This document shows positions 8,486-15,912 of a stretch of DNA of 25,162 bases, piece after piece. Below the pieces are notes generated by a model, which made no database searches, was not told the origin of the DNA, and saw only the letters and a program-made list of their open reading frames with translations. The stretch is from a virus. Taxonomy: Duplodnaviria > Caudoviricetes. The stretch is taken from positions 1-25,162 of IMG/VR virus record IMGVR_UViG_3300023262_000007. One strand, 5' to 3'. Position numbers and translations under genes: made by a program. The stretch's first letter is position 1. Each line of letters starts with the position of its first letter.

Positions 8486-8509
8486 ACAGTTTCTTAATAG
8501 CTTATTTAC

Positions 8510-8547
8510 AAGATACAACATTTTTTAGCTTTTGTCAAGTGTTATTT
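8510..8547 (-). promoter_or_regulatory. Promoter: AAATAACAC-TTGACA-N17-TATCTT
   Basis: Perfect -35 TTGACA (8533-8538), 17-nt spacer and TATCTT (8510-8515), in an intergenic gap. Confidence 0.7.
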
Positions 8548-8555
8548 TTCCAGAG

Positions 8556-8563
8556 CAAATATA
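8556..8563 (-). promoter_or_regulatory. Second candidate promoter, Bacteroidota -7 element TATATTTG
   Basis: Exact TAnnTTTG in intergenic DNA. Confidence 0.45.
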
Positions 8564-8602
8564 TAGAAGAAACCTGAAAGGTGGTCTAAAATTTAACATT
8601 AT

Positions 8603-8806
8603 TTAACATTTTATATCGAATAGGATTTCAACGTGGTCGAACTTCTTGCCTCTGATGGTCTTTTTGTCATCGTATCGGGCTTTGATCTCTGCTCTGTATG
8701 CCGTTACTCCCTCATCGTTGGCAAAGGTCCTGTTGGCTTTGCGTTGGCTCTTATGAACTACGACTCCGTTGACGTAGTGGATTCTTACTTTGGTTACTTG
8801 GATCAT
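8603..8806 (-). CDS. Hypothetical protein
   Basis: 67 aa; ATGA overlap with the GT4 gene. Confidence 0.6.
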   Translation of the reverse strand: MIQVTKVRIHYVNGVVVHKSQRKANRTFANDEGVTAYRAEIKARYDDKKTIRGKKFDHVEILFDIKC

Positions 8807-9777
8807 ACTATACCTATCTTTTTAAATTCTTGTTTCCGTACCTTCGTATCTACTATCTTGACTCTTTCGATTGATTCTTTATTCGACATCACCAACGCTT
8901 TGAACATACCTGGATATATCTCTTTCTTGTCGCTTATAACGACCCCCGTATCTCCAACGATCCTACTCATCCCATTCACATCAGTAACGCAAGGAACGCA
9001 CCCCATAGCCATTGCTTCGATTAAAGTATTGGGTATCCCTTCAGCTAGAGAGAACTGACAGTAAACCTTTGAGCGGTTCATTAATCTCTTGACTTGGCTG
9101 ATAGGCAAGAACCCAAAGGAGTGAATGTTTTGGTTAGTGTATTGCTCGTACCCCACGACAAGGAATATCTTATCAGGCATCATCCGTGCCATCTTCATAA
9201 ATACATCTATTCCTTTGCGGTAGTAAGTCTGACCGTTGTTTATGTTCCCTACGGTGATAAAGTCGTAAGGTCTTAATATGTTCTTCGGCTTCCACTTATT
9301 GGTATCAATTCCTTGCTTGATAACCTTGATCTTATCTGGATTGATTTTAGGCATGAAGTGTAACAGTCCTGTTGGTTGGTGGTTATACTCGTTAAAGCCG
9401 TACATCAATGAGCTATCCACAGGAAGAATCTTTGTGCATAATTTATAAGCCTTCTTAACCATCCATTGTCGGAGTCCTTTCTTGTAGAATATCCCGTAGT
9501 TAATTTCAGGAATACTCATTGCATCGAACCCAGCGACAACGATAAATGACTTCCGTTTGAATAACCTGGAGAATAAAACTGGGATCAAAGCGTGGTAATC
9601 CCCGAACCAGATGATATAATTATCGTATCTAGTCCATGCGAAGTGTATTATCTGTTGCCAGAAACTCATCAAAATCCATGTCTTTTTGTTATCGAAATAC
9701 CACTCATCTGATTTCAGCATCTCAATATCTCTGGCTATGAAAGTGCTTCTGTTGGTGTAGATGATTATGTTTTTCAT
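8803..9777 (-). CDS. Glycosyltransferase family 4 (GT-B fold)
   Basis: RKGIDVF, SLAEGIPNTLIEAMAMGCVPCVTDVNG (E-x7-E motif). Confidence 0.9.
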   Translation of the reverse strand: MKNIIIYTNRSTFIARDIEMLKSDEWYFDNKKTWILMSFWQQIIHFAWTRYDNYIIWFGDYHALIPVLFSRLFKRKSFIVVAGFDAMSIPEINYGIFYKKGLRQWMVKKAYKLCTKILPVDSSLMYGFNEYNHQPTGLLHFMPKINPDKIKVIKQGIDTNKWKPKNILRPYDFITVGNINNGQTYYRKGIDVFMKMARMMPDKIFLVVGYEQYTNQNIHSFGFLPISQVKRLMNRSKVYCQFSLAEGIPNTLIEAMAMGCVPCVTDVNGMSRIVGDTGVVISDKKEIYPGMFKALVMSNKESIERVKIVDTKVRKQEFKKIGIV

Positions 9778-9780
9778 ACG

Positions 9781-10155
9781 TTATCTTTTATGGTGAGGGT
9801 CTGCGTTATAGGGTGATTCCGATACCTCTTGTCTTATCTTCCGATATGCCTCTTCCAGCTTACTACAATCACCAAACTTATCTTGTGGTGGGCTGTCTGG
9901 TTGGTCTAATATCATTCTAATTGATTCAATCGCCCAACTCAATCCATGTTTAAATGATTGTCTATGCGATTCTCCCTTAGTACCTAAAAAGACATCATGT
10001 TTACTTTGCAGTCCTTTTATTGTGTTTTCAATCTCCTCTCTCATCTTCTCTACATCAGCTATTGCTTCCAGTAGGAGTTTGGCATCGTGCGGATTGATAA
10101 TCCCCATATCATTAGTCATTCTGGCTATTCCTTCAAGTTTCTCTTTTAATTCCAT
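9781..10155 (-). CDS. Hypothetical protein (variable array)
   Basis: TAATG overlap; contains a DSPPQ joint-like motif. Confidence 0.65.
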   Translation of the reverse strand: MELKEKLEGIARMTNDMGIINPHDAKLLLEAIADVEKMREEIENTIKGLQSKHDVFLGTKGESHRQSFKHGLSWAIESIRMILDQPDSPPQDKFGDCSKLEEAYRKIRQEVSESPYNADPHHKR

Positions 10156-10448
10156 TATTCCTTACTTTTTGGTGGGCATGGAGCATCCAAAGGCATCCCT
10201 TCTGGCGGCCATTGAGCAACTTGGCTTGTAATAATAGGTGGGGTTCCCATCTTCAGATTATCTTTTTTTGAAGTTTCTACTGGCTGTTCTATTCTACCAT
10301 ACCATTTCTCTCTCCGTACTACTGCCTTATCAAAGATTTCAAGTGACCCAAGCAAAAACTGTGCAAGGATAAAATCAGGTGTGTCGCTGCCATTTTCCAT
10401 GCTGTGAATGTTCAACGAATTGATTAATTCTTCTCTAAATTTTGTCAT
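10155..10448 (-). CDS. Conserved small phage protein (ENGSDTPDFILAQFL family)
   Basis: Recognisable recurrent phage motif; ends APCPPKSKE. Confidence 0.7.
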   Translation of the reverse strand: MTKFREELINSLNIHSMENGSDTPDFILAQFLLGSLEIFDKAVVRREKWYGRIEQPVETSKKDNLKMGTPPIITSQVAQWPPEGMPLDAPCPPKSKE

Positions 10449-10577
10449 AATAATTGGGTTTAAAGGTTATACATATATAAGGTTTTACATTGTTTATTTT
10501 CATCCCTCATCCTTTCTTCTTATTGGTTTCTTCATTTGAATTACTTTTTCTGCCATCTTCTCTGAAAGATATCTATC

Positions 10578-11129
10578 TCAAAGCTCATCCAATTTCACCT
10601 CTCCTTTATCAAGTTGATAGTACCACTCCTCTTCGTCACAATGTTTCCAATAGCCATTATCAGAGAGCCAATCTGCAAATGCAGTAGCTTTATCTTTTAT
10701 ATTATCATCTGTCAGCACAGGTGGACATTGGTTACCTTGATTGAGATGTGCAATAATTATTCCATATAAATCAATTTCTTGATCTAATACTTCTTTTACA
10801 TAACCCTTGATATTGCAGTTCTCAATACACTCTTTTGTTGTTTCAATATGTATCTCAATCTTACGAATTAAGTTAGCCACGCCCTTATCAGGTGGACATG
10901 GCATCACATCCCGAATAAAGGAACGGAAAGCATCCTCAACGGCTGACATTGCTAGTTCTTCTGTTTTAAAATCACCCCTATACGAGTGTTTACCATTAAT
11001 GGGGTCTCCATGTATGTTTTTTGCAAACCAATACGTAAGCTCATAGATAACCATACCTATAAAATTATTATTACAGTAAGCAACTCTATTCTTCTCCCAC
11101 TCAATAGGATATGTCTGTTGTTCTTTCAT
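10578..11129 (-). CDS. Chimeric hypothetical protein (3 modules); may originally extend to 10500
   Basis: MKEQQTYPI module, then DVMPCPPD, a second module, QCPP and a third module. The frame stays open for 25 codons after the TGA. Confidence 0.7.
   Translation of the reverse strand: MKEQQTYPIEWEKNRVAYCNNNFIGMVIYELTYWFAKNIHGDPINGKHSYRGDFKTEELAMSAVEDAFRSFIRDVMPCPPDKGVANLIRKIEIHIETTKECIENCNIKGYVKEVLDQEIDLYGIIIAHLNQGNQCPPVLTDDNIKDKATAFADWLSDNGYWKHCDEEEWYYQLDKGEVKLDEL
10887..10911. repeat. 25-bp direct repeat B, copy 1 (encodes DVMPCPPD)
   Basis: atcaggtggacatggcatcacatcc, identical at 11888-11912. Confidence 0.95.
10906..10945. repeat. 40-bp imperfect repeat C, copy 1
   Basis: 33/40 identical to 12050-12089 by manual alignment. 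Confidence 0.85.
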
Positions 11130-11133
11130 GGCT
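11102..11133. repeat. 32-bp direct repeat A, copy 1 (encodes MKEQQTYPI)
   Basis: caataggatatgtctgttgttctttcatggct, identical at 12249-12280. Confidence 0.95.
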
Positions 11134-11141
11134 TCCTTTCT

Positions 11142-11384
11142 TTAAGTACATGGTGTTTCATATCTATGTAATTTTTCATCTTCACGACAATAAGATTCAC
11201 CTAAATAAGTCAGTTTCAGATTTTTAATCAAATACCATTCCGTTGTATTATCATCATCTGACAGACCATATAATAAATCATAAGGAGTTAATCCTATATA
11301 ATAGTTGCTATTATAATAACTTATTTCGGCAACTCTTTGGAATTGTTTCATGTCCATTCCTTCTGTATATTCTTTATAGGTCAT
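11142..11384 (-). CDS. Hypothetical protein (variable array)
   Basis: 80 aa; AGGAGG upstream; ends ETPCT. Confidence 0.65.
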   Translation of the reverse strand: MTYKEYTEGMDMKQFQRVAEISYYNSNYYIGLTPYDLLYGLSDDDNTTEWYLIKNLKLTYLGESYCREDEKLHRYETPCT

Positions 11385-11396
11385 CCATCCTCCTTT

Positions 11397-11738
11397 TTAT
11401 TCTGGACATTGTGATTTAAACTCCCACTCTACATTGGCATTCAGGTCTTCTATTTGTGTATCTTCATGTAAGAATACCCACCCTATCATATCTCCATTGT
11501 CATTACGCATGGCGTGCATTCTTAGATTGTCTTTTTTGCCTGTAACTAAACAGGTCATGTTAAACTCTTTCTCCATTTTTACTCCTTTTGTTTGTTCTAA
11601 ATAATCATCAACAGTATAGATAGACCACACCGTTAATATTTCCCCACATCGGGTACATTCCTTTTGATTTGTATGTTCTATTAGGTAGGTGTTTATCCTA
11701 TGTCCGAATAGCCAACACTTAAATCGCTTTATGCTCAT
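11397..11738 (-). CDS. Hypothetical fusion protein, N-terminal DUF1660-like C..FGH...CxRCG module
   Basis: Start reassigned to MSIKRF (ATGA overlap at 11735-11738); internal AGGAG + ATG at 11576. Confidence 0.65.
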   Translation of the reverse strand: MSIKRFKCWLFGHRINTYLIEHTNQKECTRCGEILTVWSIYTVDDYLEQTKGVKMEKEFNMTCLVTGKKDNLRMHAMRNDNGDMIGWVFLHEDTQIEDLNANVEWEFKSQCPE

Positions 11739-12028
11739 CCCTCCTCCTTTCTTTCTGAATGGTGGATGCAAGAGGTTGTTTCGTCAACTAATTGATGTGT
11801 CATAAATATGTCGAATCTTTGACATCTTAATTCTCCGTGACTTCGTATTTCTATCAAAACATATTTACAACTATCACACCCCTTCCAATCAGGTGGACAT
11901 GGCATCACATCCAGTAGCTTTGATTCAAGCCATTCGACATACTCATCTGTAAATGCAGCTACATGATGGCAAACTGCAACAAGTTGTTTTTCGGGATTCT
12001 CTTTTTCATACTGTTCTCTTAATGTCAT
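11735..12028 (-). CDS. Chimeric hypothetical protein with Cys-rich C-terminal module
   Basis: LREQYEKE...YVEWLE module, then DVMPCPPD, then CDSC...C...C. Confidence 0.7.
   Translation of the reverse strand: MTLREQYEKENPEKQLVAVCHHVAAFTDEYVEWLESKLLDVMPCPPDWKGCDSCKYVLIEIRSHGELRCQRFDIFMTHQLVDETTSCIHHSERKEEG
11888..11912. repeat. 25-bp direct repeat B, copy 2
   Basis: Identical to 10887-10911. Confidence 0.95.
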
Positions 12029-12573
12029 TTGTCACCTCCTTGTTTTGTTACATCCCGTATAAAGGAATGAAATGCTTGTTCAACGGCTGTCTTGGCTTCT
12101 TCAAATGTATCTGCTTCAATTTTATGTGGTTTGAATATACAATTACATTTAAAGGGTTTGTCTTGAATATTTATTTTACACATATCAGCTATCAAATGAT
12201 TATTACAACTTGCATCCCAATAATCACCATCCTTAATTCTTTGCCACACAATAGGATATGTCTGTTGTTCTTTCATGGCTGGCTGGTTGTTTATTACAAG
12301 TTGGTATTCAAATAAGCCCTTCTCCCGATCTCCCATGTTCCGCTTGAGGATAATATGACCCCCAAACCTAGCCTTCCTTAGATGACGTAATTGAGCCGAA
12401 ATAGATGCTTCTGGATCTCCTGTTATTATAGAGATTTGATTTAAGGTTCTCCACCTTTCGTCCTTCATACATTCCCATACTCTTTTGATCTGACCTCTGA
12501 GTCTTTTATCATCGACTTCTGGGATGTAATCTGATCCGTTAAATCTTGCTGAATTAAATATATCTGTTTGCAT
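12025..12573 (-). CDS. Winged-HTH protein fused to the MKEQQTYPI module
   Basis: MKDERWRTLNQIS...PEASISAQLRHLRK..FG.H HTH pattern; the second module starts at the repeat A ATG. Confidence 0.72.
   Translation of the reverse strand: MQTDIFNSARFNGSDYIPEVDDKRLRGQIKRVWECMKDERWRTLNQISIITGDPEASISAQLRHLRKARFGGHIILKRNMGDREKGLFEYQLVINNQPAMKEQQTYPIVWQRIKDGDYWDASCNNHLIADMCKINIQDKPFKCNCIFKPHKIEADTFEEAKTAVEQAFHSFIRDVTKQGGDK
12050..12089. repeat. 40-bp imperfect repeat C, copy 2
   Basis: 33/40 identical to 10906-10945. Confidence 0.85.
12249..12280. repeat. 32-bp direct repeat A, copy 2
   Basis: Identical to 11102-11133. Confidence 0.95.
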
Positions 12574-12577
12574 TTGG

Positions 12578-12874
12578 TTACCATTTCAATTTCTGTCCAC
12601 AATCAGGACAATAGTTAGCTCTTAAAGGAACGTTTACTTCCTCGCATCTAGGACACTCGAACCAGCTATACATTATCTCATCCTGTTGTCTTGAGCTTCT
12701 GTCTACTATCATCTCTAAATCCATCACTTCTACCCGATCACCGAACTTGTTCATCTCCTGGATGCTGTATCTCATTAGAATAGCAAGACGCTCAAAGGGA
12801 TTCTCTGGGTTAATGGGTTCTGCGTAGGCTTTCTCTACATCAGAAAGGGAGATCGGATTCTTCTTCTGGCTCAT
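12578..12874 (-). CDS. Hypothetical protein with C-terminal zinc ribbon
   Basis: CPRC...NYCPDCGQKLKW; start uncertain (12874 or 12910). Confidence 0.65.
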   Translation of the reverse strand: MSQKKNPISLSDVEKAYAEPINPENPFERLAILMRYSIQEMNKFGDRVEVMDLEMIVDRSSRQQDEIMYSWFECPRCEEVNVPLRANYCPDCGQKLKW

Positions 12875-13088
12875 CGGTTTGCTCTTTTTTGGTTTCGTAA
12901 ATAGTGGCATCTCCTAGAAAGATAGTATCCTCTCCCTGTGGGGTCTTTTGAACTACTGCGTAATCCTTGCCGAACTTTGATTGAGGTGTCGGGATTAATA
13001 CACAATCTAAATATGTGCCTTTTTCACCTTTGTACAGATTCTCTTTGATGATCTTCTGCACGTTGATTTTGATGTTGATTAGTTCCAT
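12840..13088 (-). CDS. Small SSB-like protein with acidic DLPF tail
   Basis: Follows ERF and exonuclease; GEKGTYLD...ESDLPF C-terminus. Confidence 0.65.
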   Translation of the reverse strand: MELINIKINVQKIIKENLYKGEKGTYLDCVLIPTPQSKFGKDYAVVQKTPQGEDTIFLGDATIYETKKEQTDEPEEESDLPF

Positions 13089-13705
13089 TTTTCAATTATG
13101 TTAGTTAATAATTCAGTTGCTAATTGTATTCTCTCTCTTAAAGCTTCCATCACTTCTTCATCCCTTTCGATTCTCATAACCTTCAAGCAAGTTCTCTCAT
13201 CACATCTGGGATCGTAAGAAACAAAGTCCACCCACTTGCGACCCGTTGCCAGGAGTTCAGCCATCATCTGGTAATAATACTCTTGAGGTAAATCTTCAGG
13301 GGTTTCAGCTAGTAAATGTTTAACGTGGTTTGAAGTATTAAATGGGCATTTTATTTCGAGTACTCCGTCCTTGCCTACTAAGCCATCAGGAGATGCACCG
13401 AAGTGATCGCCTAATTGAACAAATCCAACGTCATCTACTATGTCCCCCGTGAATTGCTGATATACTTCTCTGGCTTCATCCTCGTGGTCGTTGCCCCAGT
13501 CGGTTGCTTTCGATGTAAACTCTTTGGCTTCGGCACTCTTTCCGTTAGTTAGGATTTCAGCTATCACATCATAGATGTAAGTCATTGCGGTATCAGAAAA
13601 CACCTGATCTTTCTTGCGACCCGACTTCATTAGCTTACTGATCTGTGAGCCTGTGAACTTCCCATAACGGGATTGAAACCATTCTGCTGTGCGTTGCTCG
13701 GTCAT
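13079..13705 (-). CDS. YqaJ/lambda-exonuclease family protein
   Basis: QRTAEWFQSR.GKFTGS, WGNDHEDEAR, GASPDGL, LEIKCP, YYYQM and FVSYDPR motifs. Confidence 0.93.
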   Translation of the reverse strand: MTEQRTAEWFQSRYGKFTGSQISKLMKSGRKKDQVFSDTAMTYIYDVIAEILTNGKSAEAKEFTSKATDWGNDHEDEAREVYQQFTGDIVDDVGFVQLGDHFGASPDGLVGKDGVLEIKCPFNTSNHVKHLLAETPEDLPQEYYYQMMAELLATGRKWVDFVSYDPRCDERTCLKVMRIERDEEVMEALRERIQLATELLTNIIEKWN

Positions 13706-14331
13706 ACTAATTGCCCTTCCTTTGGTACGTTAACTTTTACTTTTACTTTCTCGATCTTCAACGGGTTTGTTGCTTCGGCTACTGCCTTGCGTTGAGCATC
13801 AGATAAAGTGTAGGCTGATTCCAGCTTCTCAATGATCTCAATCTCACCTTCAGAGAGTCTCTTTAAGGCTTTTGAAAACCCAATATCAGATAGTACTTTA
13901 GCTTTCACTTCGTGGGTTTCAGAGTCAGGGTCTTTCTGTTCTTCGGTGGGGATTAGAAACATCTGAAGTAAAGCGTATTTTAAAGCGATTGACAGGCACT
14001 TGTTAGTTCCCTTGTCTCCACTATCCATCGACTCTCCAATGATCGTACAGACGATGTCAGAGCCATCCAGAGCGGTGAAATGAAAGTCAACCGTAAGGTG
14101 TGTGTAAAATAGTACAGTTCCTTTAGCGGTGGTTCTTTCTTCTCTCGTTAGGTTGGTAACTTTAGGGATGACAAGAACTTTGTGCTTAGAGAATAATCTA
14201 TGCAACTCGTTGAGAATATCATCTATCCCCCTAAATTTAAAGTTCTGTGATTGGTTTTTCTGATTCTTACCAATAAAGGTTATTTCCTTATTGATGTTCA
14301 TCAGACTTTGATAGATTTTCCTTGTTTCCAT
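13702..14331 (-). CDS. erf: ERF-family single-strand annealing protein
   Basis: FKFRGIDD, GESMDSGDKGTNKCLSIALKYAL.QMF.IPTEEQKDPD. Confidence 0.88.
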   Translation of the reverse strand: METRKIYQSLMNINKEITFIGKNQKNQSQNFKFRGIDDILNELHRLFSKHKVLVIPKVTNLTREERTTAKGTVLFYTHLTVDFHFTALDGSDIVCTIIGESMDSGDKGTNKCLSIALKYALLQMFLIPTEEQKDPDSETHEVKAKVLSDIGFSKALKRLSEGEIEIIEKLESAYTLSDAQRKAVAEATNPLKIEKVKVKVNVPKEGQLV

Positions 14332-14332
14332 G

Positions 14333-14524
14333 TTAGAATAATTTTGTTATACTGATTTTTGTGATCCTTACGATTTGTTCTTTCTCAAGTTTAGTCCATT
14401 GGAGCTTGCCAACTAATTTCGGGTAAAAACTGAATGGCGATATATCACACTCTTTGATTATCCGATCCCTTAACTTTCTACACTCTTTGGCTTCTAGGTT
14501 TTGGTAGTATTCTCTAAAGTTCAT
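14333..14524 (-). CDS. Small Cro/XRE-like HTH protein
   Basis: 63 aa; FREYYQNL...RDRIIKECDIS..SFY..L.G...TKLEKEQI pattern. Confidence 0.55.
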   Translation of the reverse strand: MNFREYYQNLEAKECRKLRDRIIKECDISPFSFYPKLVGKLQWTKLEKEQIVRITKISITKLF

Positions 14525-14751
14525 CTGTTTGTCCTCCTTGAGTTTTTCTGAATCCTGGCTTTGATGTTTCTTTGCCGTCTGACTTTTGATTGAGCATCAT
14601 TGAAGGTGTAAGGAATAGGGCGATTCTTTTTAGGTGGTTTCCTGACCAGCTTTTCAAGTTTGACTTGCTCTGCTGGTTTGTTTACCTTCTGATCTAAGGT
14701 TTCCTTTTTACCCATGATCTTACGAAAGAAGTTGTTGAATGGTACTCTCAT
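14521..14751 (-). CDS. Hypothetical basic protein
   Basis: TAATG and ATGA overlaps. Confidence 0.55.
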   Translation of the reverse strand: MRVPFNNFFRKIMGKKETLDQKVNKPAEQVKLEKLVRKPPKKNRPIPYTFNDAQSKVRRQRNIKARIQKNSRRTNR

Positions 14752-14963
14752 TATTTTGATTCTTTAAATGCCAATTCTCCCCAGCCATAATCTTTAAGCT
14801 CATAATGTATATCAATAGCATCCTTAATAGAAAAGCTATCTCCAGTTGTTTTCATTCTTTCATGGAATAGTATTGTAGAATGAACCTCTGTTAGTGTTAT
14901 ATCTATCCCGATAGTAAGCATAGCCCTTTTTACATCCTCTAGGTATTTTGTTGTAATTCCCAT
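14751..14963 (-). CDS. Hypothetical protein
   Basis: TAATG overlaps at both ends. Confidence 0.65.
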   Translation of the reverse strand: MGITTKYLEDVKRAMLTIGIDITLTEVHSTILFHERMKTTGDSFSIKDAIDIHYELKDYGWGELAFKESK

Positions 14964-15313
14964 TATTTATCCTCCTCAATTAAAGTGATTACTCTTTTGG
15001 CGATATGGATTTCAACCTTCAAAGTCTCAGCCATCCACACCCAGAACTTAGCGATGTATTCAGGATAATGACGTTGGAGGTTGTAAAGATTGATAAATGA
15101 TTCGCAGTCTTGATGGGTTAGCTTGTAGTAAATCTCCATTGATCTGCACTCATCACAACTCTGATTCATCTTCTCCCAGTTGTCAGGATTAACTACCTCA
15201 AAGCCGAAGTCATCATACATAATACTACAAGTAGGGCATTCTAAGGGCAACGGCTCTAATGCTTTTATTGCATCGTAGCGTTCTTGTTCGGGGTCTAGGC
15301 GGTGTGGTTTCAT
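14963..15313 (-). CDS. Hypothetical protein with CxxC pairs
   Basis: CPTC...CDEC; ATGA overlap. Confidence 0.65.
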   Translation of the reverse strand: MKPHRLDPEQERYDAIKALEPLPLECPTCSIMYDDFGFEVVNPDNWEKMNQSCDECRSMEIYYKLTHQDCESFINLYNLQRHYPEYIAKFWVWMAETLKVEIHIAKRVITLIEEDK

Positions 15314-15714
15314 ACTTTGGGGGTGTCTTTAACTGCACAACCGTTCCCATTGGTATACCATCCCAATTTATAATCTTTTATACCAAGCTCTTTCACAAAT
15401 TGAATCACCCTACCAGACCATATCTCATCCCTACTCCTGCTAGTAAGATAAGGAACATCATCTGAAGATACATCACCCCTGACTTCACCGTCAACAAGAA
15501 CGTCAACTCTCTTTGAGGTCTTATTATACTTATAACCAATAACAGGAATATCAGGCTCAACTTCAGGAGTCAAAGCAGTAGCTTCTTCGATAGCTTTAGC
15601 ATTCTTAACTTTCCACTTCATCAATTTAACACCAGTCATGCCTGAAGGAATTTCTACTTGAAGGCGGTTGCCGTTGGCTCCACCTGTTACTTGGACATTG
15701 TCGATTGTTTTCAT
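15310..15714 (-). CDS. Hypothetical protein, first gene of the early operon
   Basis: Start reassigned to MKTIDN (ATG 15714), which has an A-rich leader and lies downstream of the promoter. Confidence 0.7.
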   Translation of the reverse strand: MKTIDNVQVTGGANGNRLQVEIPSGMTGVKLMKWKVKNAKAIEEATALTPEVEPDIPVIGYKYNKTSKRVDVLVDGEVRGDVSSDDVPYLTSRSRDEIWSGRVIQFVKELGIKDYKLGWYTNGNGCAVKDTPKV

Positions 15715-15739
15715 AGCTTTTTTAGATTTGATTGAAAAA

Positions 15740-15747
15740 CAAAAGTA
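15740..15747 (-). promoter_or_regulatory. Candidate early promoter, Bacteroidota -7 element TACTTTTG
   Basis: Exact TAnnTTTG, 25 nt upstream of ATG 15714, at the late/early boundary. Confidence 0.55.
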
Positions 15748-15912
15748 CATTAAACTAATCGAAAAACCTTATTTATTATGTAGTTTATATTGGGTATAAA
15801 CAAGCCACCTTATTATAATATAGTAAATAACGATGTCTAACGGACTTTAATATTCAAACCTACTAGGATACTACTTTCAATAGATCGTTCGTTGTACCTC
15901 TTGTGGGCATGC

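Noticed and set aside
10578-10580. Genome-wide TGA recoding
   Set aside because: TGA serves as a stop in many ATGA overlaps, and conserved proteins are intact under code 11.
10887-12280. 25-32 bp repeats as a CRISPR array or invertible shufflon
   Set aside because: There are only two copies of each, about 1 kb apart, coding and in direct orientation. No cas or site-specific recombinase gene is present.
15760-15830. dif-like or attP site
   Set aside because: Only a partial TTATGT resemblance in AT-rich DNA; no convincing 11-6-11 arms.
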